From the NCBI GenBank assembly GCA_965263355.1, contig CBDHHL010000056.1, positions 1,952,001 through 2,016,000 on the forward strand: 64,000 bases of DNA, written 5' to 3'. This document shows positions 40,120 to 50,440 of the stretch, one piece after another. The DNA is from Leptolyngbyaceae cyanobacterium. Its GTDB lineage: Bacteria > Cyanobacteriota > Cyanobacteriia > Phormidesmidales > Phormidesmidaceae. Below the pieces are notes generated by a model. It was given only the letters and a program-made list of their open reading frames with translations. It did not search any database and was not told the DNA's origin. How positions within the stretch are numbered: the first letter of the stretch is position 1; each line of letters begins with the position of its first letter. Position numbers and translations under genes: made by a program.

Positions 40120-42123
40120 TTATGATATTTGCAATCCACCAGACGGTTTATCTTGAGGTCCATTATCTTGAGGTCCGTTAGTCTCCTCAGCGGGACTAGT
40201 CACATCCTTCGCATCTGGTGGGGTAGTGGGTGGAGAAACGATGTTTGGAGGGGGTTCTGCCGAAGGAGGCAAAGTATCTGTCACCAATCTCCCTGTGCGT
40301 TTGCCTCCCGATAACCGCTTGAGCAGTTGTGGCGTAGGATCGTGCATCAAGTAGGTGACCGTATCCCCTGGCTGCCAAGCCCCCTGGCCCAAGAGCACAT
40401 CGAGTTTGCCATTCCGCTGCAAGGTAATTGGCAGCATATCGCCACTGGCAATTAAATTATTGAGCTTTTCTTGTTGTTTTTCAAAATCTTCAGACTGGAG
40501 CTGTGTGGTTTTTAATTCAGCCGCATCATCTTTGAGATAAGTATTCCAGGTTCTAATGGCCAGGGGAGTGGGTGTGACCTTGCCGCCTTTACCATTAGGT
40601 TTAGCTTCTGTCTCCTTATCAGTGCGGGGTAGCACCGCCAACACTCGAGGCGGTTGAAACTCTTCAGCCGCCCGTTCAGCTACCACAGAGTTAACTTCGC
40701 CATTGGTAGTCAAAGCAATAAATGTCCCAATGGAGCTAAGGCCTGCCTCATCCAATAACTCTGCATCCAAAGCACTGCTCAAATACACTCGCAGACCATC
40801 CTGTCTGGCCAATTCGCAAGCTTCTTCATCAGTGTCAAACATAACCACCGACTCACCCTGTTGGTTAAATAATTGCCCCACCAATCGACCTACCGGATTA
40901 CAGCCGACAATAACTACACCCGTTGCATCTGCCTGGGTGATACTCAAGAACCTTGCTACGCCACGGGCCGTTAACCCCTGGATAAACACCGTCATAATGA
41001 TGGTCAAAAACACCAGTGCCTTAATAGAATCACCACCATTGATGCCTCGATCAGTCAGTAAAATAGCAAACAATGACGCCACCGAAGCCGACACAATACC
41101 GCGGGGAGCAATCCAACTCAGAAAAATTTTTTGCCGCCAGTTGAGATCGCTATTAAGGGTGCAAGCATAAATATTGAGAGGGCGCACCACTAGCATCAAG
41201 GTAAGGACTGTAAACACCGAGCCCACCCCCAAGGCAAAGACACTGTCAATGGACAGATCGGCTGCCAGCAAAATAAATAGAACAGAAACAGACAATACCG
41301 TGAGCTGCCCCTTAAACCGTCGTAGCAAGCGCTCATCTGGAACAGATAGAGCCCTCAAGACAAGTCCGGCAGTAACGGTAGCCATTAAGCCAGATTCACT
41401 GCGCACATCCTGAGCCAAACCAAATAGGCCCCAAACACTGGCTAGCACCACCAGATTACGCAATTCCTCTGATAGAAAATCTGCCCGTTTAAGAAACTGC
41501 CCCAAAAGGGCTCCACCAATACCGCCAATCGCTGCGCCAATGCTAAGTCGCTGGGCTAACCCACCGACAATAAACCCAACATCAGTATCGCCATTCAGCA
41601 AAATATCTAGCACGACTACGGCTAAAATTGCTCCAACGGGATCGATCAGTACCCCCTCTCCTTCCAGAATGGTGGCGACTTTTTTCTCCACTTGCACCTG
41701 ACGCAAGAGCGGCGTAATCACCGTTGGCCCAGTTACCACAACCAGGGAACCATACAGAAACGCTAACGGCCACGGAAACTCACCAAACCAATGGGCCGCC
41801 ATACCACCCCCCAGCAAGGTAATAAACGTACCGATGGTGATTAAGTTACGTAAACTTCCAGATACCTGACCGAGTTCTTTTAGCTCTAGGTTGAGGCCAC
41901 CTTCAAATAAAATCAGGGCGACACAGAGGGAAACGATCACTTCCAAACCAATTCCCAAGGATTTCGGATCAATGACTCCAAGGGTATCGGGACCTAAGAC
42001 CACCCCAAAACAGAGCAAAAAGATGATACTAGGCAACCGCAAATATTCAGCGATAACCTGGGCAGTGATACCTGCGAGGACCGCTAATACAATTTGCAGG
42101 GTGATATCAAACGGGGTTGCCAT
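40120..42123 (-). CDS. CPA1 cation:proton antiporter with TrkA-N (RCK) domain
   Basis: LILFEGGL, VTGPTVI, EGVLIDP, APRGIV, IVGCNPVG. Confidence 0.9.
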   Translation of the reverse strand: MATPFDITLQIVLAVLAGITAQVIAEYLRLPSIIFLLCFGVVLGPDTLGVIDPKSLGIGLEVIVSLCVALILFEGGLNLELKELGQVSGSLRNLITIGTFITLLGGGMAAHWFGEFPWPLAFLYGSLVVVTGPTVITPLLRQVQVEKKVATILEGEGVLIDPVGAILAVVVLDILLNGDTDVGFIVGGLAQRLSIGAAIGGIGGALLGQFLKRADFLSEELRNLVVLASVWGLFGLAQDVRSESGLMATVTAGLVLRALSVPDERLLRRFKGQLTVLSVSVLFILLAADLSIDSVFALGVGSVFTVLTLMLVVRPLNIYACTLNSDLNWRQKIFLSWIAPRGIVSASVASLFAILLTDRGINGGDSIKALVFLTIIMTVFIQGLTARGVARFLSITQADATGVVIVGCNPVGRLVGQLFNQQGESVVMFDTDEEACELARQDGLRVYLSSALDAELLDEAGLSSIGTFIALTTNGEVNSVVAERAAEEFQPPRVLAVLPRTDKETEAKPNGKGGKVTPTPLAIRTWNTYLKDDAAELKTTQLQSEDFEKQQEKLNNLIASGDMLPITLQRNGKLDVLLGQGAWQPGDTVTYLMHDPTPQLLKRLSGGKRTGRLVTDTLPPSAEPPPNIVSPPTTPPDAKDVTSPAEETNGPQDNGPQDKPSGGLQIS

Positions 42124-42297
42124 CGACTAAGTTCTGGGGCTGCCTCATAAGCGAAGCCTAGACAATAAAACACTACGGGTAAATCAATGCAATAACTTGT
42201 ACAAGCCTCGCATAGTATTTAAATCCTTAATTTAACATCTAATGTGTGAAAGAAACTGTGAGGCAATACAGTCATTCAAGTATCCAGCCACAATCAG

Positions 42298-42323
42298 AAA
42301 AAAAGGGTGGAACAAATCCACCC
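42298..42323 (-). terminator. Rho-independent terminator with no convincing upstream CDS
   Basis: Minus strand GGGTGGA-TTTGT-TCCACCC-TTTTTTT. Confidence 0.7.
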
Positions 42324-42658
42324 AAATCACAGGAGTTATAAGGAGATACGACAATACGACCGCCGGTAGCTATACCAAGATCGAATGTCATGTTGGGAAG
42401 CATTGGTCAACAGACGAAAAACACAAAAAATTCGCGTTAGTACGCCGCCGAAGAACCGACAACCCACGCATATATATTACTGGGAGTTTTTTCAAAACGG
42501 TCAGTTTACAGAGAAAGCTGTAAGATTTTTTTTTCAATAGATAGTATTGAACGTAAACAACATTACAGCCTGTATCAACTCTAAAATCGATCTTAACAAT
42601 TGCTTGCATTCCTATAAGAAGTGGCTATTTTAGGTTTAAATCCCCTTCTTTAAAGCAA

Positions 42659-43084
42659 GTGCTGCGCCATCGCAATTTTTTCAAAGATCGAGCCCTGCGC
42701 TCTCAAAAGCTGGTTCAAAAAATAGACCTAAGCGAAGTTTATCCTTGTCCGACTTGCCGACATCGGGGCCAGATTCAGGGAATTACACTGACCGAGGCAT
42801 TCGGTTGCGATCGCTGCCAGCAAATTTATATCATTCGGGATGGCGGCTTTGGTTTGGAGCAATTATCTGGTGCGCATCCCTATCGGCGGCTTTGGCGTTG
42901 GACTGGCCACCAATGGAAGCAATATGGCCAGCTGCAAGCGTCGGGGTGGTTAGGCCTGCTGGTAATTGTCGCTACATTGCTAGCCATTTCCGGCTTTTGG
43001 TTCCTTTTATCGACATCTTTTCGAATACTGGCCGTTCTGATCGCTGGTTTAGCTGTTGGCGCTTTCCTGGCATCACGACGTTGA
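42659..43084 (+). CDS. Zinc-ribbon membrane protein (conserved hypothetical)
   Basis: YPCPTCR...LTEAFGCDRCQQI, WRWTGHQW, two C-terminal TMs. Confidence 0.75.
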   Translation: MLRHRNFFKDRALRSQKLVQKIDLSEVYPCPTCRHRGQIQGITLTEAFGCDRCQQIYIIRDGGFGLEQLSGAHPYRRLWRWTGHQWKQYGQLQASGWLGLLVIVATLLAISGFWFLLSTSFRILAVLIAGLAVGAFLASRR

Positions 43085-43105
43085 GATTACTGGACGCCCC
43101 TATCC

Positions 43106-43945
43106 CTAGCCCAACAACGTAGTTTTCATCTCTTCTGGCTTTGGCAGTTTCACCTTGGTAGCCAGACCTAGCTTAGATAGCAGCTGAATCGTCATCCAAG
43201 TCACATCAATTTCCCACCACTTCAGACCATGGCGTGCTGAAAACTGAAACGCATGGTGGTTATTGTGCCAACCTTCCCCATAGGTAACTACAGCAACCCA
43301 CCAGCAATTGGTAGAGTAGTCCCCAGCGTCATAGGTTTGGTATCCAAACTTATGAGTAGCACTGTTTACAAACCAAGTGCAGTGATAAACCACCACTAGC
43401 CTCACAAAAATTCCCCAAAGGACGAAGGACCAGCCGCCAATCAGATATAGCAACAAGCCCAGGGCAATCTGCATGAGCACAAAGTAATTTTCGCAAAACA
43501 AATAAAACGGATCAGTTGCAATATCTTTAGTTAGCCGTGGAACTTCTCCATCAGCTGGAACTTCAAAAAAGATCCACCCCATGTGGCTCCACCAAAACCC
43601 CTTAGTGGAACTGTGGTGATCAATGGGTTGATCGGAATGAGCATGGTGATGACGATGGAGACCGATCCATTCAATCGGACCATGCTGACACGCTAGACTG
43701 CCGCAGAAAACAAAAAAATATTCCAGCCACTTAGGTACTTTGAAACTACGGTGGGCGACCAGGCGATGCCATCCCAAAGTAATGCCCAGACAACCTGTAA
43801 GCCAATGTAAAAAGAGCGCTATAGTAACAGCGCCCCAACTAAAATTTGCAGGTAAAAAAGCAAGTAGAGCAATCATATGTACAGCTACCATAAAGATTGC
43901 TGTAGGCCAATTAATAGGAGGTTTTGGAACGTTTGCAACAGTCAT
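43106..43945 (-). CDS. desC: Acyl-lipid delta-9 desaturase
   Basis: GWHRLVAHRSF, HRHHH, GEGWHNNHH. Confidence 0.9.
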   Translation of the reverse strand: MTVANVPKPPINWPTAIFMVAVHMIALLAFLPANFSWGAVTIALFLHWLTGCLGITLGWHRLVAHRSFKVPKWLEYFFVFCGSLACQHGPIEWIGLHRHHHAHSDQPIDHHSSTKGFWWSHMGWIFFEVPADGEVPRLTKDIATDPFYLFCENYFVLMQIALGLLLYLIGGWSFVLWGIFVRLVVVYHCTWFVNSATHKFGYQTYDAGDYSTNCWWVAVVTYGEGWHNNHHAFQFSARHGLKWWEIDVTWMTIQLLSKLGLATKVKLPKPEEMKTTLLG

Positions 43946-44019
43946 GAAAAAATCTCAGCGTTAACGTAGAGGCCAACTTGCGTCACAATTAGAGCCCGCG
44001 TCATTAGCCAGGGAAGCGA

Positions 44020-45264
44020 GTGAGTAACCTGAAGACACTGCAGCCGACAGAACAAGCACTATTTTCGATTTTTTATGCAATTGACTCCCAGGTCAAGATA
44101 AATATTGCCCGAATATTGGCGGCATTTCGACAGCATAAGGTAGGAACTCACCATTTTTCAGGGGTTTCAGGATATGGTCACGATGATTTGGGGCGACAAA
44201 CCCTGGATCGAGTATTTGCTACCGTGGTTGCAGCCGAAGCCGCTGCAGTCCGGGTCCAATTTGTATCCGGTACCCATGCGATCACCTGTGCCCTATTTGG
44301 TGTCCTGCGTCCCGGTGATGAACTATTGGCGGTCACTGGGGCTCCCTATGACACGTTAGAGGAAGTTATCGGTATCCGTGGCAATAATCAAGGTTCTCTT
44401 CAAGAATTTGGGATTAGCTACCGCGAGCTGCCCCTCACAGATAACGCAACTATCAATTGGGCCAGCTTAGCAACGGCAATTCAGCCCAATACCAAAATGG
44501 TACTGATCCAACGTTCCTGTGGCTACAGCTGGCGCACCAGTTTAACCATTGATGACATTGGTCAAATCGTACAGTTAATTAAGGCCCAAAACCCAGACAC
44601 CGTTTGCTTTGTCGACAACTGCTACGGCGAGTTTGTAGACACCCGTGAACCCACAGCCGTAGGGGCAGATCTGATGGCTGGGTCTCTGATTAAAAATCCA
44701 GGCGGCACAATCGTAACTACAGGTGGCTATGTGGCTGGGCGAGCTGACCTGGTTGAGGCGGCGACCTGTCGCCTGACATCTCCCGGCATTGGCAGTTCTG
44801 GCGGTTCTACTTTGAATCAAAGTCGGTTACTTTTTCAAGGGTTATTTCTCGCCCCACAGATGGTCGGAGAAGCACTTAAAGGCAATTACTTACTCGCTCA
44901 CACCTTTAGTCAGTTAGGCTACGCTGTTAACCCACCAGTGGATGCGTCTCAGAGAGATGTGATTCAAGCAATTCGACTGGAAGACCCCGATAAACTGGTG
45001 GCCTTTTGCCGAGCGATCCAGCAGAACTCACCAGTTGAGGCCTATGTCGATCCAGTGCCAGCGGGAATGCCTGGTTATGAAAGTCAGTTGGTTATGGCTG
45101 GCGGTACGTTTATCGACGGTAGTACCTCAGAACTTTCAGCAGATGGGCCATTGCGTAAACCCTATGTGGTGTATTGCCAGGGAGGGACCCATTGGACCCA
45201 TGTTGCGATCGCAGCCGAAGCTGCCGCTAACGCCATCGGTCCCGCCAAGAAACCCGACCCTTAA
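44020..45264 (+). CDS. YnbB / methionine gamma-lyase-family PLP enzyme (aluminium resistance family)
   Basis: GYGHDDLGR, VSGTHAI, DNCYGEF, GSLIKNPGG, GSTSELSADGP. Confidence 0.9.
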   Translation: MSNLKTLQPTEQALFSIFYAIDSQVKINIARILAAFRQHKVGTHHFSGVSGYGHDDLGRQTLDRVFATVVAAEAAAVRVQFVSGTHAITCALFGVLRPGDELLAVTGAPYDTLEEVIGIRGNNQGSLQEFGISYRELPLTDNATINWASLATAIQPNTKMVLIQRSCGYSWRTSLTIDDIGQIVQLIKAQNPDTVCFVDNCYGEFVDTREPTAVGADLMAGSLIKNPGGTIVTTGGYVAGRADLVEAATCRLTSPGIGSSGGSTLNQSRLLFQGLFLAPQMVGEALKGNYLLAHTFSQLGYAVNPPVDASQRDVIQAIRLEDPDKLVAFCRAIQQNSPVEAYVDPVPAGMPGYESQLVMAGGTFIDGSTSELSADGPLRKPYVVYCQGGTHWTHVAIAAEAAANAIGPAKKPDP

Positions 45265-45313
45265 ATTGTTAAGATAACTACATACAACTACCCACCAGCG
45301 TCCCAAATCCCAA

Positions 45314-45958
45314 ATGATTACCGTTGCAATACCCAAGGGCTCGTTGCTCAAAGACACCATCCGGATGCTTCGAGGAGCTGGATTAGATTTTAGTGGATTC
45401 TTAGACAGTAGTAATCGTCAGCTACAAATTGAGGAAAGTACTGGCCGCGCCAAAGGATTGCTGGTTAGGGCGCAAGATGTACCGGTTTATGTCGAATATG
45501 GTCAGGCCCAGCTGGGCATCGTCGGTTATGACGTGCTCTACGAAAAAGAACCCAATGTGGCGCAGTTGGCAGATTTAGGATTTGGCTACTGCCGATTTTC
45601 TGTAGCCGTCAAAAAAGATGGGCCTTACCGTTCTGCCCTCGACTTGCCTCCCCACTGCCGCGTTGCTTCCAAATTTGTCAACACCGCCCGTCGTTACTTT
45701 CAAAGTATTGACCTACCAGTTGAAATTATTCCCCTCTATGGGTCTGTAGAATTAGGCCCGATTACCGGCATGTCTGAGGCAATTGTCGATTTAGTCTCCA
45801 CTGGACGCACACTAAAAGAAAACAATCTAATTGAGCTAGAAGTACTCTTCGAAAGTACAGCCCGTCTCGTTGCTCATCCTCTGAGCTATCGTTTAAATGT
45901 GGATAATCTCAGCGAGTATGTTGATTTAATTCGTCAGCAAGCGATGGTAACAGCTTAG
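45314..45958 (+). CDS. hisG: ATP phosphoribosyltransferase (short form)
   Basis: [24 protein letters not shown]. Confidence 0.95.
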   Translation: MITVAIPKGSLLKDTIRMLRGAGLDFSGFLDSSNRQLQIEESTGRAKGLLVRAQDVPVYVEYGQAQLGIVGYDVLYEKEPNVAQLADLGFGYCRFSVAVKKDGPYRSALDLPPHCRVASKFVNTARRYFQSIDLPVEIIPLYGSVELGPITGMSEAIVDLVSTGRTLKENNLIELEVLFESTARLVAHPLSYRLNVDNLSEYVDLIRQQAMVTA

Positions 45959-45964
45959 GCGCTC

Positions 45965-47779
45965 ATGATTGTTATAAAACAACAAGGTTCATCAACCTAC
46001 GATTGGCAGCTTTTTAAGCGGCTTCTCCCCTATATTCTCCAGGAGAAACGGCATCTTGTTTTGCCGTTATTACTCCTAATCCCGTTGGCGTTTGCCCAGG
46101 CACTGCAGCCAGTGTTAATTGGTCAGGCAATCTCGGTCATTGGTCAGGAATCAGGAGCCTGGGATTTTCTGATAAATCGGCCTTTGCAAGAGGCATTGAA
46201 TATTCTCATTTTGCTGTTGTTATTGTGCATTGGCACTCGGTTAGCTCTGGATGGATGGCAGAGTTTTTTAGTGCAAAAGGTAGGACAGGATATTACCCGT
46301 AATATCCGTAATGACATGTTTCACCATGTGTTAGCCCTATCAATGCGATTCTTTGATCGTACCCCTGTGGGTCGGTTAATTACCCGGCTAACCAGCGATG
46401 TTAATGCCTTGGGAGATGTTTTCTCCACGGGTGCTATTGGCATCTTTAGCGACATGTTCTCCATTGTGGTATCGGTGGTGATAATGTTGTGGATCGACTG
46501 GCGCTTAGGCTTGATGTTGATGTTTTTGCTGGTACCGGTAACCAGTATCATCATTTACTTTCAGCAGCAGTATCGTAAGGCTAATTATCAGGCCCGTGAG
46601 GAGCTATCGGCCCTGAACTCTAATCTGCAGGAAAATATTGCTGGGATTGAAGTGGTCCAGTTGTTTCGGCGGGAGAGCTTTAATGCCAACCTGTTTCGTT
46701 CCACGAATGAACGGTACATGATGGCTGTGGATCGCACCATTTTTTATGATTCGGCGGTATCAGCTACGTTAGAGTGGATTGCGTTAGTTGCGATCGCAAG
46801 CGTTCTCGGCATCGGTGGCTGGCTAGTTCTGGGCAAGAACCTAGAAATTGGGATCTTGACCACGTTTATTCTGTTTGCCCAGCGTTTATTTGAACCCTTG
46901 CGTCAGTTCGCCGATAAATTCACAGCAATTCAGGCAGGTTTTACCGCCGTTGAGCGTTTAAACGATTTGCTCAATGAACCTATCGACATTCAAGACATTG
47001 AAGATCCGGCAGTGTTGCCTGACCCCATTGATGAACAAGGCAATGTGCTACCTGGAGAGATTCACTTTGACCATGTGTCCTTTGGCTATAAGGCCAATGA
47101 ATACGTGCTCAACCAGCTAGATTTCACCATTCGCCCTGGTGAGAAAGTAGCATTAGTCGGTCCTACGGGAGCAGGCAAAAGCTCAATTATTCGACTCCTC
47201 TGTCGTCTTTACGAAGTCAATGAGGGGAAAATCTTGTTAGATGGCGTGGATATTCGTGAGCTAGCCCAAGAAGACTTGCGTACCCGCATGGCCATTATTT
47301 TGCAAGATGGATTTCTCTTCTCAGGAGACGTGAATAGTAACATTACGTTGGGAGAAGATTATACACCAGCCCAGATTCGTCATGCAGCTGAATCGACTAA
47401 TGTAGCTCGCTTTATCGAAAAATTACCCCAGGGGTACGACACCATGTTACGCGAGCGCGGCACAAATCTCTCTGGTGGTGAAAAACAGCTCTTGGCCTTT
47501 GCCCGTGCTGCCATTCGTAACCCTGGCATTTTGGTGTTGGATGAAGCCACGGCAAATTTAGATGTGGGAACTGAAGCTCAAATTCAGTCAGCATTGAATA
47601 CACTGTTGAAAAATCGTACAGCAATTATTATTGCTCACCGGCTATCCACCATTCGTAACGTTGATCGAATTTTAGTGCTAAAGCAGGGGTATCTTGTAGA
47701 ACAGGGTAGCCATGATCAGCTGTTGGCCCAGAATGGTTTATATGCGAGCTTGCATAAACTGCAGATGCTTGGCCAATAA
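45965..47779 (+). CDS. ABC exporter, fused permease/ATP-binding
   Basis: GPTGAGKS, LSGGEKQ, LDEAT, IAHRLSTI. Confidence 0.92.
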   Translation: MIVIKQQGSSTYDWQLFKRLLPYILQEKRHLVLPLLLLIPLAFAQALQPVLIGQAISVIGQESGAWDFLINRPLQEALNILILLLLLCIGTRLALDGWQSFLVQKVGQDITRNIRNDMFHHVLALSMRFFDRTPVGRLITRLTSDVNALGDVFSTGAIGIFSDMFSIVVSVVIMLWIDWRLGLMLMFLLVPVTSIIIYFQQQYRKANYQAREELSALNSNLQENIAGIEVVQLFRRESFNANLFRSTNERYMMAVDRTIFYDSAVSATLEWIALVAIASVLGIGGWLVLGKNLEIGILTTFILFAQRLFEPLRQFADKFTAIQAGFTAVERLNDLLNEPIDIQDIEDPAVLPDPIDEQGNVLPGEIHFDHVSFGYKANEYVLNQLDFTIRPGEKVALVGPTGAGKSSIIRLLCRLYEVNEGKILLDGVDIRELAQEDLRTRMAIILQDGFLFSGDVNSNITLGEDYTPAQIRHAAESTNVARFIEKLPQGYDTMLRERGTNLSGGEKQLLAFARAAIRNPGILVLDEATANLDVGTEAQIQSALNTLLKNRTAIIIAHRLSTIRNVDRILVLKQGYLVEQGSHDQLLAQNGLYASLHKLQMLGQ

Positions 47780-47847
47780 GGCTAGCCCGCTGTATAGATC
47801 AATAAACGAGATGGGCGACGCATGTAGATATTTGACAACTTTGAGAA

Positions 47848-49058
47848 TTAACTTTCTCCTATGCCAGGAGCGTTTTTAGCAATCACTGGCTCTCCTGTTT
47901 GAGCAACTTGCTCAAGAATATCTGCAGCTCGCTCGACCCCGCCGGATGCTTGAATTATTTTTTGCATCCGCTGAGCATTTTCACGATAGCTGGCTTCGTT
48001 GAGAACCTCTGTAATCGCTCTACGGAGTGTTGTTTCGTCAAGTTTAGTCAGTTGGATCCTTTTTCCTGCTTTGGTGCGTGCTAGCCTTGCTGCAATTCCT
48101 GGTTGCTCATTGGTGATGGGAATCGCTACCAGAGGAACGCCACAACTAAGGGCAGTGAGCACCGTATTCATCCCAGCATGGGTAACAACAACCTGGGATC
48201 GCTCGATCAGTTTCTGATGAGGTGCGAATGGTACAACAATAGGATCTCCAGGGAGATCGATTGATTGCGATTCTGGATTACCCAGTGAGATAACGAGCTG
48301 AGCTTCTAATGTTGAACAGGCTTGAGCAATACACTTAAAAATTTCCGGTCGCTGGTTTTGGAGCGTTCCTAATGAAGCATAGATGAGAGGTTGCCCATTG
48401 AGGCGGTCATAGGGAAAGTCAGTCTCTGTCCCGGATGGATCTTTTTAGGTAGACTGGCAAAAAGTGACACACCTCCAGGACGTATACGGCAAGTTCGGCG
48501 TTGTTCACAGATTTCTCTCCACAGATCGCGTAATAGAAAATTGACGAGTGCGTTTCCAAATCGATTGCGTAAACGCGCCCATGGTGTTGCTGAGTAAGCC
48601 CAGTGAGTGGAGTAGGGTGGAACAGCTGGTTCACGGTGAACCAGCATCGCGTTGCAGACTGTAACGAAGGGTAAGTCAAGATAGTCAGCTACAGTCGCGA
48701 TCGATGTAGTAATCTGATCAACAATCAGTACCTCAATATTTGCTGCGCGTATCGCTTGTGGTGCTTCGCGAAATAGCATCTCTGTTTCATGCTTAAAAAA
48801 GTCAATCGTGAATTTGAGTCCTGCCCTACCAGTTAACGTCCCCAGAGTTTTGTATTTGCGATCAATACTCCCTCTTGGATAGTCAAGCACACCAATTTCA
48901 CAGGTTGTGAGTTCGAGGTTTTCTACCTTTGCCAAAGCATCAGGCACACCAAATAGAGTAACCGAGTGACCACGACGCTGGAGTTCGAGAGCAAGAACGC
49001 ATATAGGGTTAAGGTGTCCGATAGCAGGTGGACAGAAAATTCCAAATCGTGTCATCAT
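47848..49058 (-). pseudogene. GT1 (MGT/UDP-glycosyltransferase family) pseudogene with internal deletion and frameshift
   Basis: The N-half has PPAIGHLNP. The frame changes near 48445-48495 and the C-half continues in another frame (DFPYDRLNGQPLIYASLGTLQN...THAGMNTV...EQPG). The usual linker appears shortened. Confidence 0.85.
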
Positions 49059-49128
49059 TAATTCTTTACCTCTTCCTCAATTGCTCTGAACTATAAGCGA
49101 TGAGTACATGACCTAAGTCTAGTGTGAA

Positions 49129-49217
49129 GTCTAACGTTGCCCAGCACCCGCCGCAGATAACCTTTGCCTAATAACCGAGCCACTTCCGGCAGTCAGATTG
49201 TATGGACGTTATTAGGC
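49129..49217 (-). mobile_element. Degenerate attC-like (integron cassette) recombination site
   Basis: Minus strand GCCTAAT-AACGT-CCATACAA...GTGCTGG-GCAAC-GTTAGAC fits R''/5 nt/L''(8)...L'(7)/5 nt/R', starting 14 bp after the TIR stop. Confidence 0.5.
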
Positions 49218-49231
49218 TGTTATTCTAAAGC

Positions 49232-50113
49232 TTAATTGGCTAAACGCTGTTCAATCGCTTTAAACAGCTCAGCAAAATCTGATTCGGTATGAATATCAGG
49301 AGTGAGTGTATTCATATCTTTGAGAATTTCTACCAGTTCGGCAATGGTGTTGCGAATTTGAGTGTAGAGATCAATAGATTCTCGAAAGCCTTGCATATTG
49401 GCTGAGCCAACAGTTTTCATGGCTTCGTCAAGGTCAGCGATTTCTTTTTCCCAATGTTGAATGTAGCGAATACGTTTCACTGGCTTATAGATTTCGGCAT
49501 CGGCAAGTACAATTGGAAAAATTCTGTCGCGGTAGTCACCATTAGCAGCAATTTCCACCAACTCAAACATGCAGTTCTCTGACTTAAGATATTTGTCACT
49601 GATAATGACAATGACTGCTTTCCCTTTACCAATTTGCTCCATAAACTCTTTGATACTGCCCTTAAAGCCCAGATCATTCTTATCCCGAATCAAGGTGATT
49701 TCCGAAGCTTGAAACGCTTCATCTATTTTATTCGCCATCGCTTCACTGTCCCCCTTCCAGGCATAGGAGATAAACACTTCTTTCGCTGTCGAAAAAGGCT
49801 TCGGTGGTCCCGGCAGTGCAGGTGGTTTGATTTTTTGTACTAGAGACGTTTTGTCAGGCAGGGTAATTCCAAGATTATCTAAAGAAACATAGTTACTTAA
49901 AACCTGAAAAATAGAATTTAGCCCTTTTCCAGTCGGTCCTTTCACCCAATCCAGGAGTTCTTTTGCTCGTTGCCCCTGAGGCGCTTGAGACGATGACATC
50001 ACCCCTGCAGGTAAATCCAGAGCAAAGATCATTTCTTCAAATTGAGCAGGGGGCATGGCTCCCAGACTTTGAATGAGCTTTAAGCGTGACCTGGGATCAA
50101 GATTCATAGCCAT
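49232..50113 (-). CDS. TIR domain protein with N-terminal helical adaptor-like domain
   Basis: EVFISYAW, IRDK, VIISDKYLKSENCMFEL (putative catalytic Glu), IFPIV. Confidence 0.88.
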   Translation of the reverse strand: MAMNLDPRSRLKLIQSLGAMPPAQFEEMIFALDLPAGVMSSSQAPQGQRAKELLDWVKGPTGKGLNSIFQVLSNYVSLDNLGITLPDKTSLVQKIKPPALPGPPKPFSTAKEVFISYAWKGDSEAMANKIDEAFQASEITLIRDKNDLGFKGSIKEFMEQIGKGKAVIVIISDKYLKSENCMFELVEIAANGDYRDRIFPIVLADAEIYKPVKRIRYIQHWEKEIADLDEAMKTVGSANMQGFRESIDLYTQIRNTIAELVEILKDMNTLTPDIHTESDFAELFKAIEQRLAN

Positions 50114-50320
50114 TTGTACCGTTTGCTTTTAAGTTTTTCTGAGAATATCAGAGGTGTCTTGAAGGGGTAGTCCTTGTTGACTAATATTACATCGCACCAA
50201 TGTATTACCCAAGAACGATGCGTTAGTGGTCAACGGTCTCTCACAAAAATGTTGTTAGCAAATAGATAGATACCTTAATTAGCAAGCGCACAGCCAGGGT
50301 ATAGTACCGTTGCAACGCAC

Positions 50321-50391
50321 CGCTTTCATGATTTATCTGGTGCGTTACTAATCGCTTTCATGATTTATCTGGTGCGTTACTAATCGCTTTC
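50321..50391. repeat. 32-bp exact tandem duplication within a degenerate REP-like region
   Basis: CGCTTTCATGATTTATCTGGTGCGTTACTAAT twice (50321, 50353) plus CGCTTTC. Confidence 0.85.
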
Positions 50392-50440
50392 GCATCAGCT
50401 ATAACCTGTGGGCTATACAGCACCCTACATAATGCCAGCC

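Noticed and set aside
42242..42609. ORFs 42242-42523 (+) and 42388-42609 (-)
   Set aside because: They overlap each other, have no motifs and lie in a probable regulatory region
50321..50391. Possible CRISPR array
   Set aside because: The two 32-bp copies are directly adjacent with no spacers and there are no cas genes; it is a simple tandem duplication
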